Of a stretch of 64,000 nucleotides of DNA, positions 1 to 8,115 are shown in pieces. Source of the DNA: Pseudomonadota bacterium (GTDB lineage Bacteria > Pseudomonadota > Alphaproteobacteria > Caulobacterales > Caulobacteraceae); NCBI GenBank assembly GCA_021816155.1, contig JAKAZA010000001.1, positions 6,018 through 70,017 of the forward strand, read 5' to 3'. A program made the translations under genes and the position numbers. The first letter of the stretch is position 1, and each line of letters opens with the position of its first letter. The notes below the pieces were generated by a model that was not told where the DNA came from, made no database searches, and saw nothing but the letters and a program-made list of their open reading frames with translations.

Positions 1-1782
1 CCGGTTCGGGTCCTTGAGTCCCGCACGAGCGCGGCGAACCGCGTCGGAGACGGCGACGAGCGCCTCCTCCTGGCCGACGACCCGTCGTCTGAGGTCGTCC
101 TCCATGCGGAGCAGCTTCTCGCGCTCGCCTTCGAGCATCTTCTCGACCGGCACGCCGGTCCAGCGGCTGACTACGGCGGCGATCTGCTCGGCGTCGACGA
201 CCTCGGGCGTCAGCGTCGCGGTGTCGCCGGATTCGTCCTCCGCCAGCAGCTTCTCCAGCTTCGGAATCTCGGCGTACGCGATCTCTGAGGCGCGCTGCAG
301 GTCTCCGCGGCGCTGGGCGGCGGCGAGTTCGGCGCGCAGCCGGTCGAGCGCCTCGCGGGCCTGGGCGGCCTGGCCGACCTTGTCCTTCTCGGCGCGCCAG
401 CGCGCGGTCATCGCGGCGGACTGACCCTCCAGCTCGTCGAGCTCGTCCTCCAGCTTTTCGAGCCGCGTCTTCGACGCCGCGTCGTGCTCCTTGGTCAGGG
501 CCTCGCGCTCGATCTTCAGCTGCACGATCCGCCGGTCGATCTCGTCCAGCTCCTCCGGCTTGGAGTCGACCGCCATGCGCACGCGGCTGGCCGCCTCGTC
601 GACGAGGTCGATCGCCTTGTCCGGCAGGAAGCGGTCGGTGATGTAGCGGTTCGAGAGCGTGGCGGCCGCGACGATCGCGCTGTCGGAGATGCGCACCCCG
701 TGGTGCACCTCGTACTTCTCCTTCAGGCCCCGCAGAATCGAGACCGTGTCCTCGACCGTCGGCTCGCCGACGAAGACCGGCTGGAACCGCCGCGCAAGCG
801 CCGCATCCTTTTCGACGTGCTTGCGATACTCGTCGAGCGTGGTCGCGCCGACGCAGTGAAGTTCTCCCCGGGCCAGCGCCGGCTTCAGCAGGTTCGAGGC
901 GTCCATCGCGCCGTCGGTCTTCCCGGCCCCGACGAGGGTGTGCATCTCGTCGATGAACAGGATGATGGAACCCTCGGCCGCGGTGACTTCGCCGAGCACG
1001 CTCTTCAGCCGCTCCTCGAATTCGCCGCGATACTTCGCGCCGGCGATCAGGGCGCCCATGTCGAGCGCCATCAGCTTCTTGTCTTTGAGCGACTCCGGCA
1101 CGTCCCCGTTGACGATGCGCAGCGCGAGGCCCTCGACGATGGCGGTCTTCCCGACGCCGGGCTCGCCGATCAGCACGGGGTTGTTCTTGGTGCGCCGGGC
1201 CAGCACCTGGATCGTGCGCCGGATCTCTTCGTCGCGGCCGATGACCGGATCGAGCTTCTGGTCCTTGGCGGCCTGCGTCAGGTCGCGCGCATAGCGCTTC
1301 AGCGCGTCATAGCCTTCCTCGGCCGAGGCCGTATCGGCCGTGCGGCCTTTGCGCAGGGCGGCCGCAGCCTCCTCGAGACCGGCCGCGGCGGCGCCGGCGC
1401 TCTTCAGCGCGGCGGCGGCGTCTCCGCCCTCCTTGGCGATCGCGATCAGGAGGCGCTCGGTCGTCACGAACGCGTCGCCCGCGGCCTTGGCGTCGGCCTC
1501 GGCCTTTGCGAACACGCTTGCCGTCGCCGGCTTCATGTAGAGCTGGCCCGAGCCGCCCTCCACCTTGGGCGTCTTGGAAAGCAGCTGCTCGACGGCGGCG
1601 TCGACGGCGTCTGGCCGTCCGCCCGCGCTCTGGATCAGGGCCGGCGCGAGGCCGTCCTTCTCCTCGAGCAGCACCTTCAGAAGGTGCTCTGGACCGAGCT
1701 GCTGGTGGCGGCGCGCAAGCGCCAGGGATTGCGCCGACTGGATTGCCTGTTTGGCGCGGTCGGAATAGGCGTCGATGTTCAT
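1..1782 (-). CDS. clpB: ATP-dependent chaperone/disaggregase ClpB, N-terminal 594 codons (3' end lies outside the window)
   Basis: The minus-strand frame is open from nt 1 up to ATG (CAT at 1780-1782). It is missing from the ORF track only because the stop is off-window. My translation starts [44 protein letters not shown], contains Walker [16 protein letters not shown], and ends ...[12 protein letters not shown] at the window edge. The + strand ORF 484..1821 is its antisense shadow. Confidence 0.95.
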   Translation of the reverse strand, partial: MNIDAYSDRAKQAIQSAQSLALARRHQQLGPEHLLKVLLEEKDGLAPALIQSAGGRPDAVDAAVEQLLSKTPKVEGGSGQLYMKPATASVFAKAEADAKAAGDAFVTTERLLIAIAKEGGDAAAALKSAGAAAAGLEEAAAALRKGRTADTASAEEGYDALKRYARDLTQAAKDQKLDPVIGRDEEIRRTIQVLARRTKNNPVLIGEPGVGKTAIVEGLALRIVNGDVPESLKDKKLMALDMGALIAGAKYRGEFEERLKSVLGEVTAAEGSIILFIDEMHTLVGAGKTDGAMDASNLLKPALARGELHCVGATTLDEYRKHVEKDAALARRFQPVFVGEPTVEDTVSILRGLKEKYEVHHGVRISDSAIVAAATLSNRYITDRFLPDKAIDLVDEAASRVRMAVDSKPEELDEIDRRIVQLKIEREALTKEHDAASKTRLEKLEDELDELEGQSAAMTARWRAEKDKVGQAAQAREALDRLRAELAAAQRRGDLQRASEIAYAEIPKLEKLLAEDESGDTATLTPEVVDAEQIAAVVSRWTGVPVEKMLEGEREKLLRMEDDLRRRVVGQEEALVAVSDAVRRARAGLKDPNR

Positions 1783-1882
1783 GGATCCCCTCGTCAGGCG
1801 GATTGGACGGGATCGCCTTGATCAAGCGCAACCCCGCCTGCCCGATGTAGTGTGGCGCCCCAGCCACACAAGACCGTGCGGG

Positions 1883-2224
1883 CTAGAGACCCAGGGCCCG
1901 CGCGAGGGCGGCGATGTTGACCGGCTTGGAGATGACCGGGGCGCTGCGCAGGTCGGGACGCACGCCTTCTACGCCATAGCCGGTCACGAAGGCGAACGGC
2001 ACGCCGCGCGCGGCGAGGCGGTCGGCCACGGCGAACGAGCGGGCGTCGCCGCCGAGGTTGACGTCGAGCAGCGCGAAATCGACGCCGTCGGCGTTGGCGA
2101 GCCGCATCGCTTCGGCGACCGTCGCGGCCGCGCCGACCACCTGGCAGCCCAGGTCCGCGAGCAGATCCTCCAGCAGCATCGCCACCATCGACTCGTCCTC
2201 GACGATGAGCACGCCACGCGTCAT
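1883..2224 (-). CDS. Single-domain (receiver-only) response regulator
   Basis: 113-aa CheY-like receiver (LIVEDE..., FALLDVNLGG, VISKP) with no output domain. Its ATG overlaps the stop of the upstream kinase (ATGA at 2221-2224). Confidence 0.9.
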   Translation of the reverse strand: MTRGVLIVEDESMVAMLLEDLLADLGCQVVGAAATVAEAMRLANADGVDFALLDVNLGGDARSFAVADRLAARGVPFAFVTGYGVEGVRPDLRSAPVISKPVNIAALARALGL

Positions 2225-3324
2225 GTCGAGGCGCCGCCGGCGCCTGCCAAGGGCGCTGTGATCGTGCAGACCAGACCTTCGGGCGCGAACTCGAGTTGCG
2301 CCCCGCCTTCCAGATCGCGGGCGAGGCCCTCGATCATGCGCGAGCCGAAGCCGCGCCGGGTCGGCGGTTTCACCTGCGGTCCGCCATGCTCGCGCCAGAC
2401 GATGCGCAGGTGCTCGCCGCGCCTGGCCGCCTCGATGGAGACGCGCCCCTCCGCCGTCGACAGGGCGCCGTACTTGGCCGCGTTCACGCAGAGTTCGTGA
2501 AGGGCCATCGACAGGGCGAGCGCCGCTTTGGGGGGCAGTCGCTCGTCGGGGCGCGTCACGCTGAACCGTTCGGACAGGCCGCTGTTCTCGATCGCCTCAA
2601 GGAGCAGGTCCGAGAGGTCGGCGCCTTCCCAGTTCTGGCGGGTCAGAATGTCGTGCGCGCGGGCAAGCGCCACGAGGCGCCCGTCCAGGGCCTTGCGCGC
2701 GCTCTCGAGGTCCGGAGCGTTGCGCAGCGTCTGCCCGGCCACGGCCTGGACGGCGGCCAGGCTGTTCTTGACCCGATGGTTCAGCTCGCCCAGCAACAGC
2801 CGCTGCAGTTCCTCGGCGCGGACGCGTTCGGAGATGTCGCGCATGACGCCGGTGAAGAAGCGCCGGTCGTCCGCCCACCATTCCGCCACCGACAACTCGA
2901 GCGGGAAAGTCGAGCCGTCCTTGCGGAGGCCGGAGACCTGGCGGCCGATGCCGATGATGCGCCGCTCGCCGGTCTCGAGGTAGCGCCTGAGATAGCTGCC
3001 GTGCGCGCCATGGTGCGGCTCCGGCATCAGCAGGTTCACGTTCCGCCCGATCGCCTCGGCGGCCGTGTAGCCGAACAGCCGTTCCGCGGCCGGGTTGAAC
3101 GAGATCACGCGGCCTTGCTCGTCGATCACCAGGATCGCGTCGACGGCCGTATCGACGATGGCGCGATAGCGCGCCTCGGCGCCAGCGAATGGTCCCGCTT
3201 CGCCCGCCCGCGCGCTGCTGAGCGCCTCTTCCCGGTCCGCCAACCCGCTTCCCCCTGCGGAATCGCCTTCGGTAATCTTAACCGTACACGTAGTATCACT
3301 TACGCGCGACAATCCGTCACTCAC
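2221..3324 (-). CDS. PAS (FixL-like heme-binding type) sensor histidine kinase of the HWE / HisKA_2 family
   Basis: 367 aa. PAS block: AERLFGYTAAEAIGRNVNLLMPEPHHGAHGSYLRRYLETGERRIIGIGRQVSGLRKDGSTFPLELSV...FFTGVMRDISE. H-box ELNHRVKNSLAAVQA, plus W-x-E (IVWREHGGP) and HELCVNAAKYGA, typical of HWE kinases. Confidence 0.9.
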   Translation of the reverse strand: MSDGLSRVSDTTCTVKITEGDSAGGSGLADREEALSSARAGEAGPFAGAEARYRAIVDTAVDAILVIDEQGRVISFNPAAERLFGYTAAEAIGRNVNLLMPEPHHGAHGSYLRRYLETGERRIIGIGRQVSGLRKDGSTFPLELSVAEWWADDRRFFTGVMRDISERVRAEELQRLLLGELNHRVKNSLAAVQAVAGQTLRNAPDLESARKALDGRLVALARAHDILTRQNWEGADLSDLLLEAIENSGLSERFSVTRPDERLPPKAALALSMALHELCVNAAKYGALSTAEGRVSIEAARRGEHLRIVWREHGGPQVKPPTRRGFGSRMIEGLARDLEGGAQLEFAPEGLVCTITAPLAGAGGAST

Positions 3325-3363
3325 TCGCTCACGGCGAGAGGCTGCGACGACGCGTCGCCGTCG

Positions 3364-3393
3364 GGTGAACGCCGGACAACAGACTGGTTCACC
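3364..3393. repeat. Inverted repeat GGTGAAC-N16-GTTCACC in the divergent intergenic region
   Basis: Read directly: GGTGAAC at 3364-3370 and GTTCACC at 3387-3393. On the minus strand it reads GGTGAAC-N15-CGTT, a near match to the EcfG-type GGAAC-N16/17-CGTT promoter. Function unknown. Confidence 0.5.
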
Positions 3394-3504
3394 ACGCCTT
3401 CAGCGGCCGGGGCGCAGCATCGATCCGCTCGCTTGCAGGGGAGAGCGAACCGGGGAGTCCGGTCCGCCGAACGAATGGAATGAACCCGCGCGGCGCGGCG
3501 GCGA

Positions 3505-4467
3505 TTGAACGAAACGCCATGTGGAAAGGAGCCGGCCATGGCGAGGAGGAGACCGAGAGGCGTTCTGGGGCTGGGCCTCGCCTGCCTCGAATGCGCGGCC
3601 GTCGGGCGGACCGAACACGTGCCGACCGCCAAGGACTATCCCGAGACGGTGGTCCGACGCATCAGCTTCAGCGCGGGCGGCGGCCTTGGCTGGCGAATCT
3701 CCGCGCTCGTCACGCCGCGCGACAAGCCGGCGCCGCTCAAGATCGTGGTCATCCCCGGCGCGCCGTCATGGGCCGAATACTGGGCGCCAGTGCTCGCCGC
3801 CCTGCCGCAGGATCGCGAAATGGTGGTGGTCGACCGCCCCGGCTTCGCGGCCAGCGAGCCGGCCATGTGCGTTCCTGACATCCGCCTGCAGGCGCTTGCG
3901 CTCTCGCCAGTGCTGAAGGCGGCGCCTGGTCAGCGTGTGCTGTTGGTCGGGCAGTCCTATGGCGCGGCGATCGCGACCGTGATGGCCGCCAGGCACGCCG
4001 GGTCGCTGACCGGGGTCGTGCTGCTGTCCAGCTTTCTCGGCGAGCCAGGCCCCACCGCGCGATTCCTGGTCAACCTCGGCATGCGCGTGTTGGCCCTCAT
4101 CCCCCGCGATCTGCGCAACGCAATCGTCGAGGTCAGCGGGCAGCAAACCCAACTGGTCCACATGCGCCAGGCGCTGCGTCGGCTCAACGCGCCGGTCACC
4201 GTGATCCACGGCGACGCCGACGACTTCGCTCCGATCGAACTGGCCGAGCGGCTGGTGGCGGAAACGCGCTCGAGGAAGCCGATGCGCTTCATCCGCGTGC
4301 CGGGCGCCAACCACTTCTTGAACGACGGCCCTGTCGAGCTGATGCTCGGCGTGCTCGAGCGGTGCGTTCCGCCAGCGCCGGCGCAGAGCTTCAAGCTTCC
4401 GCCGCTTCCGCGGCTCGACTGGCTGCGACCGAAGCCGTCGTCGGAGCAACAGCCGGCCGGCGCCTGA
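3505..4467 (+). CDS. Alpha/beta-fold hydrolase, probably exported
   Basis: Nucleophile elbow LLVGQSYGAA (G-x-S-x-G), VIHGDADDFAP, and GANHF near the C-terminus. Hydrophobic N-terminal segment. The start could instead be ATG 3538 (MARRRPRGVLGLGLACLE). Confidence 0.8.
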   Translation: MNETPCGKEPAMARRRPRGVLGLGLACLECAAVGRTEHVPTAKDYPETVVRRISFSAGGGLGWRISALVTPRDKPAPLKIVVIPGAPSWAEYWAPVLAALPQDREMVVVDRPGFAASEPAMCVPDIRLQALALSPVLKAAPGQRVLLVGQSYGAAIATVMAARHAGSLTGVVLLSSFLGEPGPTARFLVNLGMRVLALIPRDLRNAIVEVSGQQTQLVHMRQALRRLNAPVTVIHGDADDFAPIELAERLVAETRSRKPMRFIRVPGANHFLNDGPVELMLGVLERCVPPAPAQSFKLPPLPRLDWLRPKPSSEQQPAGA

Positions 4468-5412
4468 TCAGCCCTCGTCGACTTCCACGGGCGCCGCCTC
4501 GCCGGCGTCGAAGTTACGGGGCGGACGGCGACGGCGCGGACGGCGAACCTCGCCGCCACCTTCCTCCGCCCCCGGACGCGGCTCCGGGCTGCGTGTCTGG
4601 AGAAACGCCGGTGCGTGGCTCACCGCGCCGTCCTCGCCTCGCAGCATGCCGCCGCTCTCACCGGGATCGTAGGCGGGCGGCTCCGTGGCGGTGAGCGGCG
4701 TCGCCTGTGGTTCGATCACCCCCAGCGGGTCGCGCGGCTGGCCTTGATCGCGGTCGCCGCGGTCCTGCCGGTAGTCTCGTTCCGGCCTGCGGTCGCCCTG
4801 GAAGCGCCCCTGACGCTCGTCACGAGGCCGTTCGTCACGAGGCCGTTCGTCACGGGGCCGTTCGTCACGCTGAAACCGCCCCTGACGGTCGCCGGAATGG
4901 CGCTCGTCGCGCGGCCTGAACTCGCCGCCCTGTTGTCGATCCTCGCGGGAGCGGAAGTCGCGTTCCTCGCGCGGCCGGTAGTCACCCTGCTGTCGCTCGT
5001 CGCGCGGCTGCCATTGCCGTTCCTCGCGCCGACCCTCCAACGCGCCGTCGGGCTCGGCCTCTGCTTCGTCCGCGCCCTGGCCCTCGTCCTCGAAGTCGAT
5101 GTCGTAGCCCGATGCGAATTGGTCGCGGCCGATTATCTCAGAGATCGGGCGCTGTGGCTGCATCGCGCGCAGTACGCGGAAGTAGTGCTCGGCGTGCTGC
5201 TGGTAGTTCTCGGCGAGCACGCGGTCGCCCGATGAGCCGGCGTCGCGCGCCAGCTGCTGGTATTTCTCATAGATGTGCTGCGCGGCGCCGCGCACCTTCA
5301 CGCCCTCCGGGCCGTTCGAATCGAACGCCCGGTTCGCGTTGTGCTGAGGCTTGCCGCCCCCGCCCCCGCGACCGCGGTTGCGCTGACGCTTCATCCCCTT
5401 GAAATCTCTCAT
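4468..5412 (-). CDS. DUF4167 domain-containing protein with a long Arg/Asp/Glu-rich tail
   Basis: The N-terminus MRDFKGMKRQRNRGRGGGGGKPQHNANRAFDSNGPEGVKVRGAAQHIYEKYQQLARDA... is typical of the alphaproteobacterial DUF4167 family. It lies immediately downstream of prmC. The C-terminal two thirds are low-complexity R/D/E/Q. Confidence 0.85.
   Translation of the reverse strand: MRDFKGMKRQRNRGRGGGGGKPQHNANRAFDSNGPEGVKVRGAAQHIYEKYQQLARDAGSSGDRVLAENYQQHAEHYFRVLRAMQPQRPISEIIGRDQFASGYDIDFEDEGQGADEAEAEPDGALEGRREERQWQPRDERQQGDYRPREERDFRSREDRQQGGEFRPRDERHSGDRQGRFQRDERPRDERPRDERPRDERQGRFQGDRRPERDYRQDRGDRDQGQPRDPLGVIEPQATPLTATEPPAYDPGESGGMLRGEDGAVSHAPAFLQTRSPEPRPGAEEGGGEVRRPRRRRPPRNFDAGEAAPVEVDEG
4816..4870. 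repeat. 15-bp tandem repeat, about 3.7 copies, in frame inside the DUF4167 gene
   Basis: CTCGTCACGAGGCCG / TTCGTCACGAGGCCG / TTCGTCACGGGGCCG / TTCGTCACGC. It encodes ERPRD-ERPRD-ERPRD-ER on the minus strand. Confidence 0.9.
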
Positions 5413-5668
5413 GGTTGGCTGACCTGTTGCGGATCGCGCGGCCGCCCGGCGCGCGTCCGCGACGGACCTACGGTTTCCCTCAGAGCTGCGGGCGATCCTG
5501 CCCGGTTTAGTGTCCGAAAACGCTTAAGGTTCCTTAGTCCCCAGCGAGGCCTTCGCGCGCTTTTCAGCGCCTGCCGGAGCGCCTCGCGCGCCTGCGTTTG
5601 TCGCCGGCGCCTCGACCTCAACCCCGACGGTTCTAGGAGGAGACCTAAGCGATGTAGCGATTCGACCG

Positions 5669-6472
5669 TTAATTTCCAAGGGGTTTCTTGAGACCTGCGA
5701 CCACGCGCTCGCGATCCGCGAGGTCGCGATGGGCGCCGAGCTGGTCGGCCCCCGCGGCGGCGAACAGCGCCATGACGTCCGCGCACTGGCCGACGCCGAT
5801 TTCGACCGCGAAGAACCCCCCTGGCTTGAGCACGCGCAGGATTTCCGGGGCCAGGACGCGATAGGCGGCGAGACCGTCCGGCCCGCCGTCCAGTGCGAGG
5901 CGCGGTTCGAAGTCCCGCACCTCCGGCTCGAGCGTTTCGATGTCGGCGCTCGGGATATAGGGTGGGTTGGCGACGACGAGGTCGAACGAGTTGTCGCCCA
6001 GGCCCTTCGTCCAATCAGCGCGCAGCAGCGTGACCCGGCTCTCGAGGCCGAGCCGTGCGGCGTTGTCCCGCGCCACGGCCAGCGCGTCCTCGGATGCGTC
6101 GACGCCGAGTCCCTGGGCGCGCGGCCGCTCGGCGAGGATGGCGAGGATGAGCGCCCCTGAGCCGACGCCCAGGTCCAGGGCGCTGAACGCCCGCTCCGGC
6201 GCGAAGCGCGCCAGGACCACGTCGAGGATCGTCTCGGTGTCGGGCCGTGGCGTCAGCACCGACGGGCCGACGTCGAGCATCAGCGTCCAGAAGGCCTTCC
6301 GACCCAGGATGTGACTGATCGGCTCACGTCGCTCGCGGCGGGCGACAAGCGCCTCGAGCCGTTCGGCGGCGTCGTCCGCGAGCGCGCGGTGCGGATCGGC
6401 GAGGATATCCGCCCGGGTGACGGGCGCAGCCGATTCGAGCAGCAGCCGCGCGTCAATCGTCGGACTTTCCAC
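5669..6472 (-). CDS. prmC: Peptide chain release factor N5-glutamine methyltransferase; the true 5' end is probably further upstream (to about 6530)
   Basis: VVANPPYIP (NPPY), SAM motif ALDLGVGSGAL, ISHILGRKAFW. The track start is GTG 6472, but the in-frame upstream codons encode a PrmC-like N-terminal helix (see findings). Confidence 0.85.
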   Translation of the reverse strand: MESPTIDARLLLESAAPVTRADILADPHRALADDAAERLEALVARRERREPISHILGRKAFWTLMLDVGPSVLTPRPDTETILDVVLARFAPERAFSALDLGVGSGALILAILAERPRAQGLGVDASEDALAVARDNAARLGLESRVTLLRADWTKGLGDNSFDLVVANPPYIPSADIETLEPEVRDFEPRLALDGGPDGLAAYRVLAPEILRVLKPGGFFAVEIGVGQCADVMALFAAAGADQLGAHRDLADRERVVAGLKKPLGN

Positions 6473-6536
6473 GCCCGCCTGGGAAAGCCGCGCGGACGCG
6501 GCTTTCCAGGCGGTGAGAAGTGTCTCGGACGTGGAC

Positions 6537-6845
6537 TTAGGCCCGCTCGCCCTTCAGCGGCGAGGAGCCGAAGGCCCCAGCCTTGACCGAGCCGGTCATC
6601 GCGTCGCCGTCGACCGTCACGGTGAATTCGAGATCGATCGGGAAAGGCTGCGTCAGCTTCGAACCCCAGGTCAGCGCATTGCCGTCGACCTTGCCCGAGA
6701 TGTCCTGCGAGCCTTGGGGACCCGCCATCGTGCCGGTGAAGCTCGCTCCGTTCGTCTTGATGGTCAGCGTGCCCTGCTGCACGCCCATCGGCGAGTTGAT
6801 CGTGGTCTTCCAGGTTCCGTCGGCAGACATGCGTTTCGCTCCCAT
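6537..6845 (-). CDS. Small hypothetical protein (Thr/Gly/Lys-rich, beta-rich appearance)
   Basis: 102-aa ORF. Its composition (MSADGTWKTTINSPMGVQQGTLTIKTNGASFTGTMAG...) is unlike the Arg/Ala-rich shadow ORFs, which argues for real coding. I recognise no family. Confidence 0.6.
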   Translation of the reverse strand: MGAKRMSADGTWKTTINSPMGVQQGTLTIKTNGASFTGTMAGPQGSQDISGKVDGNALTWGSKLTQPFPIDLEFTVTVDGDAMTGSVKAGAFGSSPLKGERA

Positions 6846-6933
6846 TGGCGGCGGCGCGGACCTAATCAGGCAACGTCGCGCGACGCAAGAGTGACGCGGG
6901 CGTCAGGTTTTGTGAAGTTTTCGTAGGGCGGCG

Positions 6934-8076
6934 CTATTCCGCCGCCTGCAACGTTCCCGCCCGCGCCGCTTCCAGCTCGGCGGCCCTTGCTTCGACCAGT
7001 TCGACGATGTGGTCGACCATGCGCTCGTTGTCCATCTTGTGGTCGGGCTTGCCGGCCAGGTAGACCATTCCCGAGCCCTTGCCGCCGCCGGTGAAGCCGA
7101 CGTCCGTCAGCAACGCCTCGCCCGGCCCGTTCACCACGCATCCGATGATCGAGAGGCTCATCGGCGTCGAGATGTGGGCCAGCCGCTCCTCGAGCTTGCC
7201 GACCGTCTCGATCACGTTGAAGCCCTGTCGGGCGCACGACGGACAAGCGATGATGTTGACGCCGCGGTGGCGCAGGCCGAGCGACTTCAGGATGTCGAAG
7301 CCGGCCTTCACCTCCTCGACCGGATCGGCGGCCAGCGAAACGCGGATGGTGTCGCCGATGCCGGCCCAGAGCAGCGCGCCCATGCCGATCGCCGACTTGA
7401 TGGTTCCGGAGCGGGTCGGACCGGCTTCGGTGATGCCGACGTGCAGCGGGCAGTCGATGGCCTCGGCGAGCTGTTGGTAGGCGGCGACGGCCAGGAACAG
7501 GTCGGACGCCTTCACGCTGATCTTGAATTCGTGAAAGTCGAGGTCCTGCAGGATCTTGGCGTGGTCGAGGGCGCTCTGCACCATCGCCTCGGGGCACGGT
7601 TCGCCGTACCGCTCCAGGAGGTGCGGTTCGAGTGACCCGGCGTTGACGCCGATGCGCATCGAGCAGCCGTGGTCGCGGGCGGCGTCCACGACCTCCTTGA
7701 CCCGCGCCGCCGAGCCTATGTTGCCCGGGTTGATGCGCAGGCACGCGGCGCCGGCCTTGGCCGCCTCGATGCCGCGTTTGTAGTGGAAGTGGATGTCGGC
7801 CACGATCGGCGCCTTCGCGGCCTTCACGATCGCTGGCATTGCTGCGGTGGACGCCTCGTCCGGGCAGGACACCCGCACGATGTCCGCGCCGGCGTCCTCC
7901 AGCTCGCGCACCTGGCGGATGGTCGCCTCAGCGTCGGCCGTGACCGTGTTGGTCATCGACTGCACAGAGATGGGCGCCCCGCCGCCTACGGCGACCTTGC
8001 CGACGTGGATCTGGCGGCTCTTGCGCCGCTCGATCATGCGCCACGGGCGCACGTGGGTGTGATCTTCAGCTGTCAT
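6934..8076 (-). CDS. ispG: 4-hydroxy-3-methylbut-2-en-1-yl diphosphate synthase
   Basis: 380 aa with [28 protein letters not shown] and CPSCAR...GCVVNGPGE, typical of IspG/GcpE. Confidence 0.95.
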   Translation of the reverse strand: MTAEDHTHVRPWRMIERRKSRQIHVGKVAVGGGAPISVQSMTNTVTADAEATIRQVRELEDAGADIVRVSCPDEASTAAMPAIVKAAKAPIVADIHFHYKRGIEAAKAGAACLRINPGNIGSAARVKEVVDAARDHGCSMRIGVNAGSLEPHLLERYGEPCPEAMVQSALDHAKILQDLDFHEFKISVKASDLFLAVAAYQQLAEAIDCPLHVGITEAGPTRSGTIKSAIGMGALLWAGIGDTIRVSLAADPVEEVKAGFDILKSLGLRHRGVNIIACPSCARQGFNVIETVGKLEERLAHISTPMSLSIIGCVVNGPGEALLTDVGFTGGGKGSGMVYLAGKPDHKMDNERMVDHIVELVEARAAELEAARAGTLQAAE

Positions 8077-8115
8077 GACGCTCTAGGATAGGCGCAAGCG
8101 CCCGGCGCCGCCAGC

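Noticed and set aside
484-1821. 445-aa + strand ORF (and overlapping ORFs 659-859, 938-1294, 1307-1867, 1506-1850)
   Set aside because: It is antisense or out of frame to clpB. Its Arg/Leu/Asp/Gly-rich composition is typical of shadow ORFs in GC-rich DNA, and the minus-strand frame gives a perfect ClpB.
1845-1872. Possible sigma-32 heat-shock promoter for clpB (CTTGTG-N14-CACTACAT on the minus strand), plus the palindrome CTTGATCAAG at 1817-1826
   Set aside because: It is only a partial match to the consensus I remember, and I cannot score it without a PWM. It is plausible biologically but not supportable as a feature.
3325-3504. FixK/FNR box expected near an oxygen-sensor operon
   Set aside because: No TTGAT-N4-ATCAA-like sequence is present in the gap. 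Only the GGTGAAC/GTTCACC repeat was found, and it is reported separately.
5635-5657. AGGAGG followed 11 nt later by ATG-TAG (a start-stop mini-ORF) on the + strand
   Set aside because: No + strand gene follows it, because it runs into the antisense of prmC. It is most likely a chance occurrence in the prmC/DUF4167 intergenic region.
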